NCBI GenBank assembly: GCA_963801165.1
Contig: CAWDDT010000004.1
Coordinates: 224,001-288,000, forward strand
DNA length: 64,000 nt
Direction of reading: 5' to 3'
Source: an uncultured bacterium
Lineage (GTDB): Bacteria > Actinomycetota > Acidimicrobiia > Spongiisociales > UBA5794
A program made the position numbers and the translations under genes. Numbering within the stretch: position 1 is the stretch's first letter; every line of letters begins with the position of its first letter. This document shows positions 20,234 to 29,762 of this stretch, piece after piece. The notes beneath the pieces are model-generated. The model had not been told where the DNA came from. It saw nothing but the letters and a program-made list of their open reading frames with translations, and ran no database searches.

Positions 20234-20343
20234 GTATCTCCCGGGTGTCTAGTCATCCGGTGGGTGGGACTGCTGCTCGTTCTTAGGGAAATCTGGATTC
20301 TGCCTTAGCGCCGTCGAGAACTCCGTCGAGCATAGTGAAACAC

Positions 20344-20544
20344 ATGAGAAGTGAAACGATCAAGGGCCGGTCTATACGGCCCAGCGCCAGACGACCCAGG
20401 CAGTACGAATCGGACAGGGTGTGCGCAGAGAACGGATGTGACACCCTCATCTCCCGGTACAACGCCAGGGAGTATTGCCATACCCATGCACCGAAGCGCT
20501 TTCCCAGGGTCCGTGGTCGGTTCATCGAGTCGGCCGAAGCCTGA
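20344..20544 (+). CDS. Small basic protein with a C-x4-C-x12-C-x2-H putative zinc site
   Basis: RVCAENGCDTLISRYNAREYCHTH; fills the intergenic space; CATAGT 7 nt before the ATG. Confidence 0.7.
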   Translation: MRSETIKGRSIRPSARRPRQYESDRVCAENGCDTLISRYNAREYCHTHAPKRFPRVRGRFIESAEA

Positions 20545-20570
20545 ATCCCGCATTCCTTGAGACTCTCTTA

Positions 20571-20610
20571 ACCCGGGTGCGGGTTGCTCTCCTCCCGCCC
20601 ACACCCGGGT
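20571..20610 (+). other. Stem-loop with a CU-rich (anti-SD-like) loop; terminator or small-RNA module
   Basis: ACCCGGGTG...CACCCGGGT enclosing CTCTCCTCCC. Confidence 0.5.
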
Positions 20611-20624
20611 GCCCGGTTCTGGCT

Positions 20625-20641
20625 TTTCATGAGCCTTTCAT
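20625..20641 (+). promoter_or_regulatory. OmpR-family direct-repeat box (MprA-box geometry)
   Basis: TTTCAT-N5-TTTCAT upstream of the response regulator. Confidence 0.65.
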
Positions 20642-20684
20642 GTGCACCTGCTAAACCTGATGATTGCAGTCAAGGAGCGAGCAG

Positions 20685-21374
20685 GTGCCAGAGAAACCGA
20701 GCAGCCGCGTGCTCGTCGTCGAGGACGACGGTGCAGTGCGACGGGCGGTAGAGAGAGCTCTCACCTTTGAGGGCTATGACGTGGTCACCGCCCGCGACGG
20801 ATCGGAAGCGCTCGCCATCGTCCTCAATAGCGACATGGACGCCATAGTCCTCGACGTGATGATGCCGATCATCGACGGTCTCGAGGCCTGCAGACGGATC
20901 CGTGCCCGCGGCGACACGACGCCGATTCTGATCCTCACCGCCCGCACCGACATCAGCGACCGGGTGGCCGGTCTCGATGCCGGCGCCGATGACTACCTGG
21001 TCAAGCCGTTCGCCCTCGAGGAGTTGCTCGCCCGGTTGCGCGCCCTACTGCGGCGCTCCACGCGCGCCGTCGCCGAGGTGATGAAGGTGGGCGATCTGAT
21101 CATGGACACCGGGTCGCGCGAGGTGCGCAGAGGCGACAAGGTTCTCGACCTGACCAAGACCGAGTTCGACCTGCTGGAGTTGCTCATGAGCAACCCCGGC
21201 ATCGTCATCGACCGCGACACCATCTACGACCGGATCTGGGGCTACGACTTTGCCACGTCGTCGAATTCGCTCGATGTCTACATCGGCTACCTGCGTCGCA
21301 AGACCGAGATTGATGAAGCTCCTCGCCTCATCCAAACCGTCCGGGGCGTCGGCTATGTGATTCGCGGGCGCTGA
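20685..21374 (+). CDS. mprA: OmpR-family response regulator, MprA-like
   Basis: [34 protein letters not shown]; SD AAGGAG before the GTG. Confidence 0.85.
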   Translation: MPEKPSSRVLVVEDDGAVRRAVERALTFEGYDVVTARDGSEALAIVLNSDMDAIVLDVMMPIIDGLEACRRIRARGDTTPILILTARTDISDRVAGLDAGADDYLVKPFALEELLARLRALLRRSTRAVAEVMKVGDLIMDTGSREVRRGDKVLDLTKTEFDLLELLMSNPGIVIDRDTIYDRIWGYDFATSSNSLDVYIGYLRRKTEIDEAPRLIQTVRGVGYVIRGR

Positions 21375-22762
21375 TGAGCTTTCGGGTCAGGATCGCGCTG
21401 ATCTCGGCGACGGCCGTTGCCATCGCCATCGCCCTCGCCGCCCTGGTCACCTACAACACCACCAGAAACGAGTTGCTGACCAAGGTCGACCAGAGCTTGC
21501 AGGAGCGGGCGCTTTTCTTCGCAGAGGCTCAGGACATCCCGAGCCTCTCCCAGGCTTTGCTCAACGCCGCCAGCGAGCAAGGCCCGTTCGGCCGTGGAGA
21601 GCGGGGTTTTGACGCGATCTTCTTTCAGCTCTGGCCGACGGACTCTTCTCGTGGCTACACCAACTATCCGGGAGACGGAGGCCTGCCGATCGGAGCCGCC
21701 GAGAAGGCCGTGTACGACGGCACGACTGCATCGGCGTTTCGAACTGTCCCCGTTGCGGACGACAATCTGCGAATGCTCACGGCGGCTATTCCGACCGGTG
21801 TCGTCCAGGTGGCTCGTTCGCTGGCCGAGGTGGACAGCAGCCTCGCCGGGCTAGCTTCCGTGTTGAGGATGGCGGCGGTCGTCGGGGTATTGATTGCGGC
21901 CGCGATCGGCTACCTAGTCGCACGCGGCGCGGCGCGTCCGATCCGCCAGCTCGCAGAAGCCGCCGAGCACGTCGCCGAGACCCAGGAGCTGGCAGCGCGC
22001 ATCGACGTGCACCGGACCGACGAGGTGGGCAGGCTCGCCGAGAGCTTCAACTCGATGCTGGCGGCGTTGGAGAGCTCACGCGAGCAACAGCGGCGGCTGG
22101 TCCACGACGCCGGTCATGAGCTGCGCACGCCGTTGACCGCGATACGCACCAACATCGAGCTCCTGAGCCGGGTGGACAACATCCCGGACGAGGAGCGCAA
22201 GCAGATGATCGCCGACATCGACACGGAGATCCAGGAGCTGAGCGGTCTGGTCACCGAGTTGGTAGACCTCGCCGCCGAGCCACCCTCGAGTACCGAGGTA
22301 ACCGAGGAGGTCAACCTGGCCGACGTTGTCGACCGGGTGGCCGACAAGTTCCGGAGACGCAGCGGGAACACCATCAACGTCGTTGCCGACGAGTCTGTCG
22401 TTCTGGGGAGGACGGCGACACTCGAGCGTGCCGTTAGCAACCTCATCGACAATGCCGTCAAGTGGAGTCCAGCGGATGCTCCGATCGACGTCACGGTCGA
22501 GACCGGACGAGTCTCGGTGGCAGATCGCGGGCCGGGCATCGACGAAGCGGACCGCCCCTTCATCTTCAACCGGTTCTATCGGGCGACCGCGGCCCGCTCC
22601 ACACCTGGCTCCGGCCTCGGGCTGAGCATCGTCGCCAAGGTCGCCGAAGATCATGGCGGCCAGACGTTCGTCGCCGACGCGGGCCCGGGCGCGGTGGTCG
22701 GCTTCGAGATCCCGGTCCTGGACGACGAGGCGTCGTCGCCGGGGACTCTGGAGACCATCTGA
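21374..22762 (+). CDS. mprB: HAMP sensor histidine kinase, MprB-like
   Basis: Two TMs, HAMP, DAGHELRTPL, NLIDNAVKWS, GSGLGL. Confidence 0.85.
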   Translation: MSFRVRIALISATAVAIAIALAALVTYNTTRNELLTKVDQSLQERALFFAEAQDIPSLSQALLNAASEQGPFGRGERGFDAIFFQLWPTDSSRGYTNYPGDGGLPIGAAEKAVYDGTTASAFRTVPVADDNLRMLTAAIPTGVVQVARSLAEVDSSLAGLASVLRMAAVVGVLIAAAIGYLVARGAARPIRQLAEAAEHVAETQELAARIDVHRTDEVGRLAESFNSMLAALESSREQQRRLVHDAGHELRTPLTAIRTNIELLSRVDNIPDEERKQMIADIDTEIQELSGLVTELVDLAAEPPSSTEVTEEVNLADVVDRVADKFRRRSGNTINVVADESVVLGRTATLERAVSNLIDNAVKWSPADAPIDVTVETGRVSVADRGPGIDEADRPFIFNRFYRATAARSTPGSGLGLSIVAKVAEDHGGQTFVADAGPGAVVGFEIPVLDDEASSPGTLETI

Positions 22763-22780
22763 GTTGAGTACCGTGTGCGG

Positions 22781-24742
22781 GTGGAAGCACTCGCCGCAGA
22801 CTCCGTCGCAGCCCTGATCGACGTCCTCTCCTCCAAACCGGATGCGGTGGAGAGGCCGGGCCAGATCCAGATGGTCGAGGCCGTCGCCCGAGCCATCGAA
22901 TCACGGTCGCACCTGGTTGTGGAAGCGGGTACCGGAACCGGGAAGTCGCTTGGCTATCTGATACCGGCGGTTCTGTCGGGCCAGCGGGTCACGGTCGCCA
23001 CGGCGACCAAGTCACTGCAGAATCAGCTCGCCGACGCCGACCTCCCTTTTCTCGCCGAGCATTTGGGCGTTCCGGTCACGTGGTCGGTGGTCAAGGGGCG
23101 CCAGTCGTATGCGTGCCGGGCGAAGCTGATCGAGCAGCTCGGTCCCCGGCTCGACGGATCCGGCGAGAGGCTCTTCGAGGACGGCGACGGCGGCGTTGCT
23201 CCCATCGGCGCCTGGGTGAACGCGGGTGGCAGCGGCGACCGGGACGATCTTCCGGATGCGGTGAGCGATAGCGTGTGGCGGCTTGCCTCCGTGTCCGGGA
23301 TGGAGTGTCCAGGGCGAGGCCAATGTCCGCATTCCGCGGGCTGCTTCGCCGAGGCTGCGCTCGATGCCGCGGCGACGGCTCAGATCACGATCACCAACCA
23401 CCATCTGTACGCGCTTCACATGGCTGCCGGTCGCAAGATCCTCCCCGACCACGATGTTGTCATCTTCGACGAGGCGCACAAGCTCGAAGCCGCGTCCTCG
23501 TCTGCGTTCGGCATAGACGTCGCCGGTGGCCGGTTGACGGCGTTTGCCAACAATGCGCAGCGGCTGATTGCACCCGGTCGGCGTGACGAGCTGATCGGTG
23601 CGGTGCGGGCTTACGCCGCACGCCTTCAGTCCCTCGTCGCCGATCTCGAGCATGCCAGACTCGAACCGGGAGAAGGCGAGCTAGGGCAGATCATTCTCGG
23701 CGCCATCCGCTCGGTTGCCGGTGTCGTCAAGGCGCTTCCCAAGGTCGAGGAGAACGATTCCCGCGCCGGTGGGATCGCCCGCGTCCGCGCACAGGGCGGC
23801 CACGTCCAGGGCGACTTCGGGCTGGCCCTCGACATGCCCGGCGGTTTCGTTGCCTGGGCGGAGCCGGAGCACGGTGTCGTCCGGGTAGCTCCCGTCTCGG
23901 TCGACCTCGCCATCGCCGCCAACCTGCTCGTCCACCAGCCGGCGATCTTCACCAGTGCGACGCTGACCTCTGGAGGGTCGTTTGCGCCCATCGCTCGCAG
24001 GCTCGGCCTGACCACAACGGAGATCAGCGACGACCCGGCGGGGCGCGACCTGGTGGACCCGCTGCCGCGCACCTACGAGTCGATTCGGGTAGACGGCAGC
24101 TTCGAATACGGAAAACAGGGGCTCCTATATGCAGTCGCGGATCTTCCCGATCCACGCGATGCCGCGTGGGCGCAAGCCGCCGCCGCTGAGACACGGCTCC
24201 TCGTGGCCGCGGCCGGGGGCCGCGCCCTCGTCCTCTCAACGAGCTACCGGATGATGGAACGGCTCGCTGCCGCTCTCGCCGATTCGCCCTTCGAGGTGCT
24301 CGTGCAGGGCGAGATGCCAAAACGACGCCTCATAGCTCGTTTTGCGGAGGTGGAGACGGCAACGTTGGTGGCGACGATGGGCTACTGGGAGGGGATCGAC
24401 GTCCCGGGCCCTTCGCTGTCCCTGGTTGTCATCGACCGTATACCCTTCCCCCGACCGGACGACCCACTTATGCAGGCGCGGCGTGAGGAAGTGACCGCCC
24501 ACGGTGGGAGCCCGTTCGACGAGGTCGACTTGCCTCATGCCACGATGCTGCTGGCACAGGGTGCGGGCAGGCTCATCCGTAGCGAGAACGACAGTGGTGT
24601 GGTCGCCGTGCTCGATCGGCGGCTGCTGGCGATGAGGTACGGTCAGCGGATTCTGCGCTCGTTGCCCAGGCTGTTGCGCACGTCCGACCGGGATCGGGTT
24701 GCCAGGTTCCTCGGCGACGTCTCTAGCAGGCGAAGTGCATGA
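22781..24742 (+). CDS. dinG: DinG/YoaA-family ATP-dependent DNA helicase (Fe-S)
   Basis: RPGQ, EAGTGTGKS, four Cys, FDEAH, SATL, WEGID, QGAGRLIR; start moved to the GTG 6 nt after TACCGT. Confidence 0.92.
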   Translation: MEALAADSVAALIDVLSSKPDAVERPGQIQMVEAVARAIESRSHLVVEAGTGTGKSLGYLIPAVLSGQRVTVATATKSLQNQLADADLPFLAEHLGVPVTWSVVKGRQSYACRAKLIEQLGPRLDGSGERLFEDGDGGVAPIGAWVNAGGSGDRDDLPDAVSDSVWRLASVSGMECPGRGQCPHSAGCFAEAALDAAATAQITITNHHLYALHMAAGRKILPDHDVVIFDEAHKLEAASSSAFGIDVAGGRLTAFANNAQRLIAPGRRDELIGAVRAYAARLQSLVADLEHARLEPGEGELGQIILGAIRSVAGVVKALPKVEENDSRAGGIARVRAQGGHVQGDFGLALDMPGGFVAWAEPEHGVVRVAPVSVDLAIAANLLVHQPAIFTSATLTSGGSFAPIARRLGLTTTEISDDPAGRDLVDPLPRTYESIRVDGSFEYGKQGLLYAVADLPDPRDAAWAQAAAAETRLLVAAAGGRALVLSTSYRMMERLAAALADSPFEVLVQGEMPKRRLIARFAEVETATLVATMGYWEGIDVPGPSLSLVVIDRIPFPRPDDPLMQARREEVTAHGGSPFDEVDLPHATMLLAQGAGRLIRSENDSGVVAVLDRRLLAMRYGQRILRSLPRLLRTSDRDRVARFLGDVSSRRSA

Positions 24743-25959
24743 CGGAGAACCGGGCCGCACGGGAATTGCTCGTTGCCTGCTATCGCGCCGGGGTCGCCGC
24801 AGTCGATCCGGAGATTGCGGTTGCTGCAAACCTGGTGCCCACCGCAGGTCGGGTGGTTGTGTTTGCGCTCGGCAAGGCCGCCGCGGCCATGGCGCGTGGT
24901 GCCGCCAGAGGTATGGGCAGAGATCGCTTGGAGGGGATTGTCGTAGCCGACCATATCGATACCGTTCCCCCCGGCCTCGAGCTGATGCTCGGCAGCCATC
25001 CGGTGCCGAGCGTGGCGAGCCTCCGGGCGGGCCAGGCATTGCTGGAGCTGGCTGTGACGCTTGGCGCGGGCGACACCGCCGTCGTACTCGTTTCGGGTGG
25101 TGGCTCGGCGCTGGCCGAGGTGCCCGCGGCAGGGATCTCGATCGGCGACATCACCAGGACCAACGAGGTTCTGCTGCGCTCGGGAGCCGACATCGCCGCT
25201 TCCAACACAGTGCGCAGGAGGCTGTCCCGGATCAAAGGTGGCGGGCTTGCTGCGGCGCTAGCCCCGGCGCGCATCATCACCCTGGTCGTGTCCGATGTGG
25301 TGGGTGACGACCCGGCAGTCATCGCCTCAGGGCCGACGGTCGCCACCGGCGACTCCGCCTCGTCTGCGGGAGACGTCGTTGCGAGCTTGGGCATAGGCGA
25401 GCAGCTCCCACCCGCCGTGCTCGCCGCTGTTGCGGAGCCGCCGCGGCCACTGCCGGTACCGGAGCAGACCCTCCGGATCGTCGCCCGGGGCGCCGTCGCC
25501 GCCCATGCCGCCGTCGCCGAGGCGGAGCAGCGGGGCTACCCGGCGCGGGTGCTCGACACCAGGATGACCGGTGACGCCGGCGCCATGGCGGGTGAAGCGC
25601 TATCCCGCACCGGGTTCGGGGTCTCGGTCTTTGCCGGGGAGACCACTGTGACCGTAACCGGTGATGGGGTGGGAGGTCGCAACCACGAGGCGGCGCTGGT
25701 GGCGGCGACGCTGATCGACGGCCGGCCGGATGTCTGGTTCCTCGCCGCAGGAACCGACGGGATCGACGGGATCACACGGGCGGCGGGTGCCGTCGTCGAC
25801 GGGGGAACGGTTGCCCGCGGACGGGCCGCCGGTCTCGACGCCGGGCTGGCATTGGCGCACAACGACTCCGGTGGCTTCTTCGCCGGTCTCGGCGAGCAGC
25901 TCGTCACCGGGCCCACCGGCACCAACGTGGGTGACCTGTGGATGGTGCTGCGGGTTTGA
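24739..25959 (+). CDS. Glycerate 2-kinase (MOFRL/DUF4147 family)
   Basis: GKAA, HPVP, SGGGSAL, SDVVGDD..IASGP, GGRN, TDGIDG, TGTNVGD. Confidence 0.92.
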   Translation: MTENRAARELLVACYRAGVAAVDPEIAVAANLVPTAGRVVVFALGKAAAAMARGAARGMGRDRLEGIVVADHIDTVPPGLELMLGSHPVPSVASLRAGQALLELAVTLGAGDTAVVLVSGGGSALAEVPAAGISIGDITRTNEVLLRSGADIAASNTVRRRLSRIKGGGLAAALAPARIITLVVSDVVGDDPAVIASGPTVATGDSASSAGDVVASLGIGEQLPPAVLAAVAEPPRPLPVPEQTLRIVARGAVAAHAAVAEAEQRGYPARVLDTRMTGDAGAMAGEALSRTGFGVSVFAGETTVTVTGDGVGGRNHEAALVAATLIDGRPDVWFLAAGTDGIDGITRAAGAVVDGGTVARGRAAGLDAGLALAHNDSGGFFAGLGEQLVTGPTGTNVGDLWMVLRV

Positions 25960-25975
25960 TGCGTACTATCCGGGC

Positions 25976-26596
25976 ATGGACTTGAACGACCGCGAACTCA
26001 GGGTGCTGGGCTGTCTCATCGAGAAGGAGATGACTACACCCGACTACTACCCGATGTCTCTGAACGCTCTCGTCATGGCGTGCAACCAGAAGTCGAACCG
26101 GGATCCCGTCCTCGATCTAGGCGAGACCGACGTCCTGGAATCGGTCGATGGGCTTCGTGACCTGGGCCTGGCCCGCACGGTCCACGGCAAGGGAGATCGG
26201 GTGCTGAAGTACCGGCACGTCGTCACGGAGACGCTCGACATCTCCGCACGTCAGGCGGCGCTGCTGGCGGTGCTCATCTTGCGTGGCGATCAGACGCTCG
26301 GTGAGCTACGCGGTCGGACCGGGCGCTATGTGGAGTTTGCGGACCTCGATGAGGTCGCCACCGAGCTGGCAGCTCTCGGGGACGCCGAGACACCTCTGGC
26401 CGTTCGGCTGGAACGTCGCCCCGGGGAGAAGGAGGCCCGCTACCGGCAGCTGCTCGGCTCCGTGGCCGAGAGCCCGGCCGTATCGTCGGCTCACGCGGCC
26501 GGCGAAGAGCCCGACCGGATTGCATCCCTGGAGGCCGAGTTGGCCGGGTTGCGAGATCGGGTGGAGCGGATGGAGAGGGAGCTCGGTCTCAGCTGA
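25976..26596 (+). CDS. yceH: YceH/DUF480 family protein
   Basis: [35 protein letters not shown]. Confidence 0.92.
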   Translation: MDLNDRELRVLGCLIEKEMTTPDYYPMSLNALVMACNQKSNRDPVLDLGETDVLESVDGLRDLGLARTVHGKGDRVLKYRHVVTETLDISARQAALLAVLILRGDQTLGELRGRTGRYVEFADLDEVATELAALGDAETPLAVRLERRPGEKEARYRQLLGSVAESPAVSSAHAAGEEPDRIASLEAELAGLRDRVERMERELGLS

Positions 26597-27116
26597 CGTG
26601 TACGTCGTGTCCGAGTGACTGGAGGTAGGCGACGTCGGTGTCGAACGCAAGCGGCGGCAGCCGGTCGAGCTCGAAGAAGCCCGCCGCCGCTGCGTCATCA
26701 CCCGCCGCGAGCGCTCCGCCCGTCACCACACCCTCGAACCAGACACCGACGGTCAGCTTCGCCGGGTCATGGAAGTTGGAGGCGACCCAGACAACGTCGC
26801 CGATGTCGGCCACGAGACCGGTCTCCTCGAGGAGCTCGCGTGCTGCCGCGGCACGGATCTCCTCGCCGTAGTCGACATAGCCTGCCGGGATCGCCCAGAA
26901 TCCCGGTCGGGTGACCCCGGGGCCCCTCTTGACGAGCAGCAGGCGGTCGTCCGCGTCACGGATCACCACTGCGGCACCGACACCCGGATTGCGAAAGTGG
27001 ACGAAGTCACAGGCCGGGCACGCCTTTCTGACCTTGCCGAAGACATCGCGGTCTTCGAGCGCGGTGGCACAGTGGGGGCAGAAGCTGAACTCGCCCGGCC
27101 ATCCATGGGGGTCCAT
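26589..27116 (-). CDS. NUDIX hydrolase with N-terminal zinc ribbon
   Basis: CPHC..CPAC; Nudix box [23 protein letters not shown]. Confidence 0.92.
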   Translation of the reverse strand: MDPHGWPGEFSFCPHCATALEDRDVFGKVRKACPACDFVHFRNPGVGAAVVIRDADDRLLLVKRGPGVTRPGFWAIPAGYVDYGEEIRAAAARELLEETGLVADIGDVVWVASNFHDPAKLTVGVWFEGVVTGGALAAGDDAAAAGFFELDRLPPLAFDTDVAYLQSLGHDVHVS

Positions 27117-27147
27117 GCGGGTCAGTCTCGCAGGTTTGCGGCGAAGC

Positions 27148-29217
27148 TCAAACGCGTTCGAGCTCGACTGTGGTGGGTACCGAAGTGGCCCCGGGCTTGC
27201 GATACGCCGGGAGAGCAAAGTCGAAAGCGGTCCAGCCGCCGCGTCTGCGATAGGAGAGATCACCGTCCATCAGCCTGGCGAGCATTCTCGAGATCGCGAG
27301 CCCGAGCCCGAGAGAGCCGGGCTGGGTTCCCGGGTTGTGGGCGCTCTCATAGGGCGCAAAGATACGCTCCTGATCATCAGCGGGGATGCCGTCGCCGTTG
27401 TCGCTGACGGTGAGGTGAGTCGTATGCCCCTCCACCGATATGGCGATCTCGATTTCCGTGCCGCCGTAGCGCTGGGCATTTGTGACGAGGTTGCGAAGTA
27501 TCTGGCGGACACGGCCCTCGTCGGCGAACACGGTCGTCTTCTCACCCGTGACAGTGATGTGGTGGCCTGCATCGACAGTGGTGTCTACGACGCGGGACAC
27601 GAGCGGGTCGAGCGCTACGGGCGCGGGGACGATCGTCAGCGATCCCATGCGGGCCCTGGCGGCCGTGAGGAGATCCTCTACGAGGTCGGCGAGATCGCCT
27701 GCCTCCGCGGCGATCGACCGCAACATGGCGTCCTCGTCCTCGCTGCTGAACTCTCCACGGTGGTCTCGCAGCATCTCCGCGAAGCCGAGCACGCCCGTCA
27801 GCGGTGTTCTCAGCTCGTGGCTGACGGCGGCGATCAGCTGGTCCTTGGACCGGATCAGGTCCTGCTTCGAGGCGATCTCAGTGTGCAGCTGCTCGATGAC
27901 TCGCGCTCGTTCCAGGGTGAGGCTGGCGTGGTTGGCGATCGTGTCGAGCAGTTCGAGCTCGGTCGGTGAGAACCGTTTTGCCACGCCGGTACGCCCGGTG
28001 ACCATGAGCACTCCAATGCTGCCCGCCCCATGTTTGACGGGGGCGATCATCCCACAGGAGGCGGTGTGGGCACCGAGCGCGATCCGCAGCCTGCTGGCGT
28101 GGTTCTCAGGGCCGAAACGTCGCTCGGGCTTTGGCCCGATGGCGATCCGGTGGAGCTCGTCGACATCGTCAACGGGAATCTGACGTTGTGCCGGGTCCTG
28201 GCCCGCAGAGAACCCGAGGTAGCTGGCGTGCGACTCGGCCGGGTCCGACAGGATGATCTCGCCGTGTTCTGCCCTGAGAATGGAAACCGCCTCTCGCAGA
28301 GTGACTACGGCGATGTCTCTTGCGCCGAGTGTGCCGTCTACCTGGTTGGTGAATGAGTAGAGCGACCGGAGATCGTCGTGTCGCAGGCTGAGCTGGCCAA
28401 ACGACCGGAACAGCATGAAGAAGAACGCCATCATCACCCCGAGCAGCACCAGGGCCCGGGGCTGGAAGTGGATGATCACGACCGTGATTGTTCCGAGGAA
28501 GCCGACGGCGACGCTGATCAACGAGCCCACCGCAAACGACCGGACGATATCGCGCAGTCTGCGGCGACGGTCGTTGAGAGCGATGACGACGTCGACCATT
28601 GCGGCAGACACCGTTACGGCCACGCCGATCGCGATCATGGCGGCGAGCCAGCCAGCGGGTTCCCACGGTTGTGACGCACCGAGGATGTACCGGTATACGA
28701 CCAACGCCACTGTGGTCTCGAGCGTGAACAGCGACAGATTGAAAGTCAGCTTGAGGAGGGGTTGGCGGCGCAACGTCAACACGGCGACCCCGGCGATGAT
28801 CCTGGCGAAGACGACGACAGGCGGCGGGGCGAGCGCCAGCCCGATTACGAGCGGAATCTCGCTCATCGAGATCGTGTGCGAGTCGCGCTGCACCGGGAGG
28901 TGGACGAACAGGCTCTCCGCGACGGCAAAGCCTATCGCCAGCACCCACCAGGCCGTGTAGCCCGTCACGCCGTCCGGGGTGTCGAACCGCAGCAGGATGT
29001 TGAACCCGAGCATGGTGGCCACCAGCATGACTGCGGTCATGATCGGAACGGCCCAGACAACGTGATGGGGACGAGTTGCGTCGGCGACCTCCTTCATGAC
29101 GGGCGACGGCTCGGGGTGGGCACCGTCGGTGGCCGGAGGGCCGAAGAACGATGCCACCGCCGAGTTGTTGTCTAGTACCGGGGTCTCGGGCGTGCCGGGA
29201 CCCGGCGAGGAGCTCAC
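27148..29217 (-). CDS. Orphan sensor histidine kinase: polytopic membrane sensor (about 7-8 TM) + GAF + HisKA + HATPase
   Basis: Hydrophobic N-terminal half, GAF-like [38 protein letters not shown]; GTG start chosen by SD GGAGG. Confidence 0.9.
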   Translation of the reverse strand: MSSSPGPGTPETPVLDNNSAVASFFGPPATDGAHPEPSPVMKEVADATRPHHVVWAVPIMTAVMLVATMLGFNILLRFDTPDGVTGYTAWWVLAIGFAVAESLFVHLPVQRDSHTISMSEIPLVIGLALAPPPVVVFARIIAGVAVLTLRRQPLLKLTFNLSLFTLETTVALVVYRYILGASQPWEPAGWLAAMIAIGVAVTVSAAMVDVVIALNDRRRRLRDIVRSFAVGSLISVAVGFLGTITVVIIHFQPRALVLLGVMMAFFFMLFRSFGQLSLRHDDLRSLYSFTNQVDGTLGARDIAVVTLREAVSILRAEHGEIILSDPAESHASYLGFSAGQDPAQRQIPVDDVDELHRIAIGPKPERRFGPENHASRLRIALGAHTASCGMIAPVKHGAGSIGVLMVTGRTGVAKRFSPTELELLDTIANHASLTLERARVIEQLHTEIASKQDLIRSKDQLIAAVSHELRTPLTGVLGFAEMLRDHRGEFSSEDEDAMLRSIAAEAGDLADLVEDLLTAARARMGSLTIVPAPVALDPLVSRVVDTTVDAGHHITVTGEKTTVFADEGRVRQILRNLVTNAQRYGGTEIEIAISVEGHTTHLTVSDNGDGIPADDQERIFAPYESAHNPGTQPGSLGLGLAISRMLARLMDGDLSYRRRGGWTAFDFALPAYRKPGATSVPTTVELERV

Positions 29218-29253
29218 CGTGGAACCTCCGTCAGGAGCAGGACTGTCACCCCT

Positions 29254-29282
29254 TCTTCGGCATTCGTATCTGATGAACTTGA
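29254..29282 (-). promoter_or_regulatory. sigma28 (FliA/WhiG)-like promoter for the kinase
   Basis: Minus strand TCAAG-N16-GCCGAAGA. Confidence 0.65.
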
Positions 29283-29339
29283 CATCATTTCGGAGGTTGG
29301 CGCGGGTACTAGTCCCGGCGGCATCGTCACATATGACCC

Positions 29340-29368
29340 TCAAGGATTGCAGCCGCGATTGCCGATTC
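29340..29368 (+). promoter_or_regulatory. sigma28 (FliA/WhiG)-like promoter for the small peptide gene
   Basis: TCAAG-N16-GCCGATTC. Confidence 0.65.
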
Positions 29369-29403
29369 GGAAGGGACACTCTCGATCACTGGAGGTTGCA
29401 CGG

Positions 29404-29664
29404 ATGCTGACCACGAGCGTTTTGCCCTGGCTCCGCGACCGGCGTCTCGTCGCTCTGCTTGCCGCTGTCGCACTTGTTGCGTCCCTGGCCCTCGCCATCA
29501 TCGGCAACAGCTGGACGACGAACGCCGCGCCCGCCGACCCCACGACACCGACCGTGGAGGAGGAGGTCGTAGCCGGTCCTTCATGGACTATGTCGGCGAG
29601 AGTGGCCGGACAGGCTTTGACCCCGGTATCCACAACGTCCGTGCTGGTGGGTTCCTGGAGCTGA
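29404..29664 (+). CDS. 86-aa secreted/membrane-anchored peptide with repeated G-(x)-S-W-[ST] motifs (candidate signal precursor)
   Basis: SD GGAGG at 29391-29395, RDRR + hydrophobic stretch, motifs GNSWT, GPSWT and terminal GSWS; downstream hairpin. Confidence 0.75.
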   Translation: MLTTSVLPWLRDRRLVALLAAVALVASLALAIIGNSWTTNAAPADPTTPTVEEEVVAGPSWTMSARVAGQALTPVSTTSVLVGSWS

Positions 29665-29670
29665 AACAAC

Positions 29671-29701
29671 GCGATGCGGCCGGGTCGACCTGCCGCATCG
29701 C
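29671..29701 (+). terminator. GC-rich hairpin directly after the peptide gene
   Basis: GCGATGCGGC-N11-GCCGCATCGC; no strong U-tract. Confidence 0.6.
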
Positions 29702-29762
29702 TCATTGCCCGTCTGACCCGGGGCCGGCGGGCGGGTACATTCGGGGTAGGAGAGGGGAGCCT

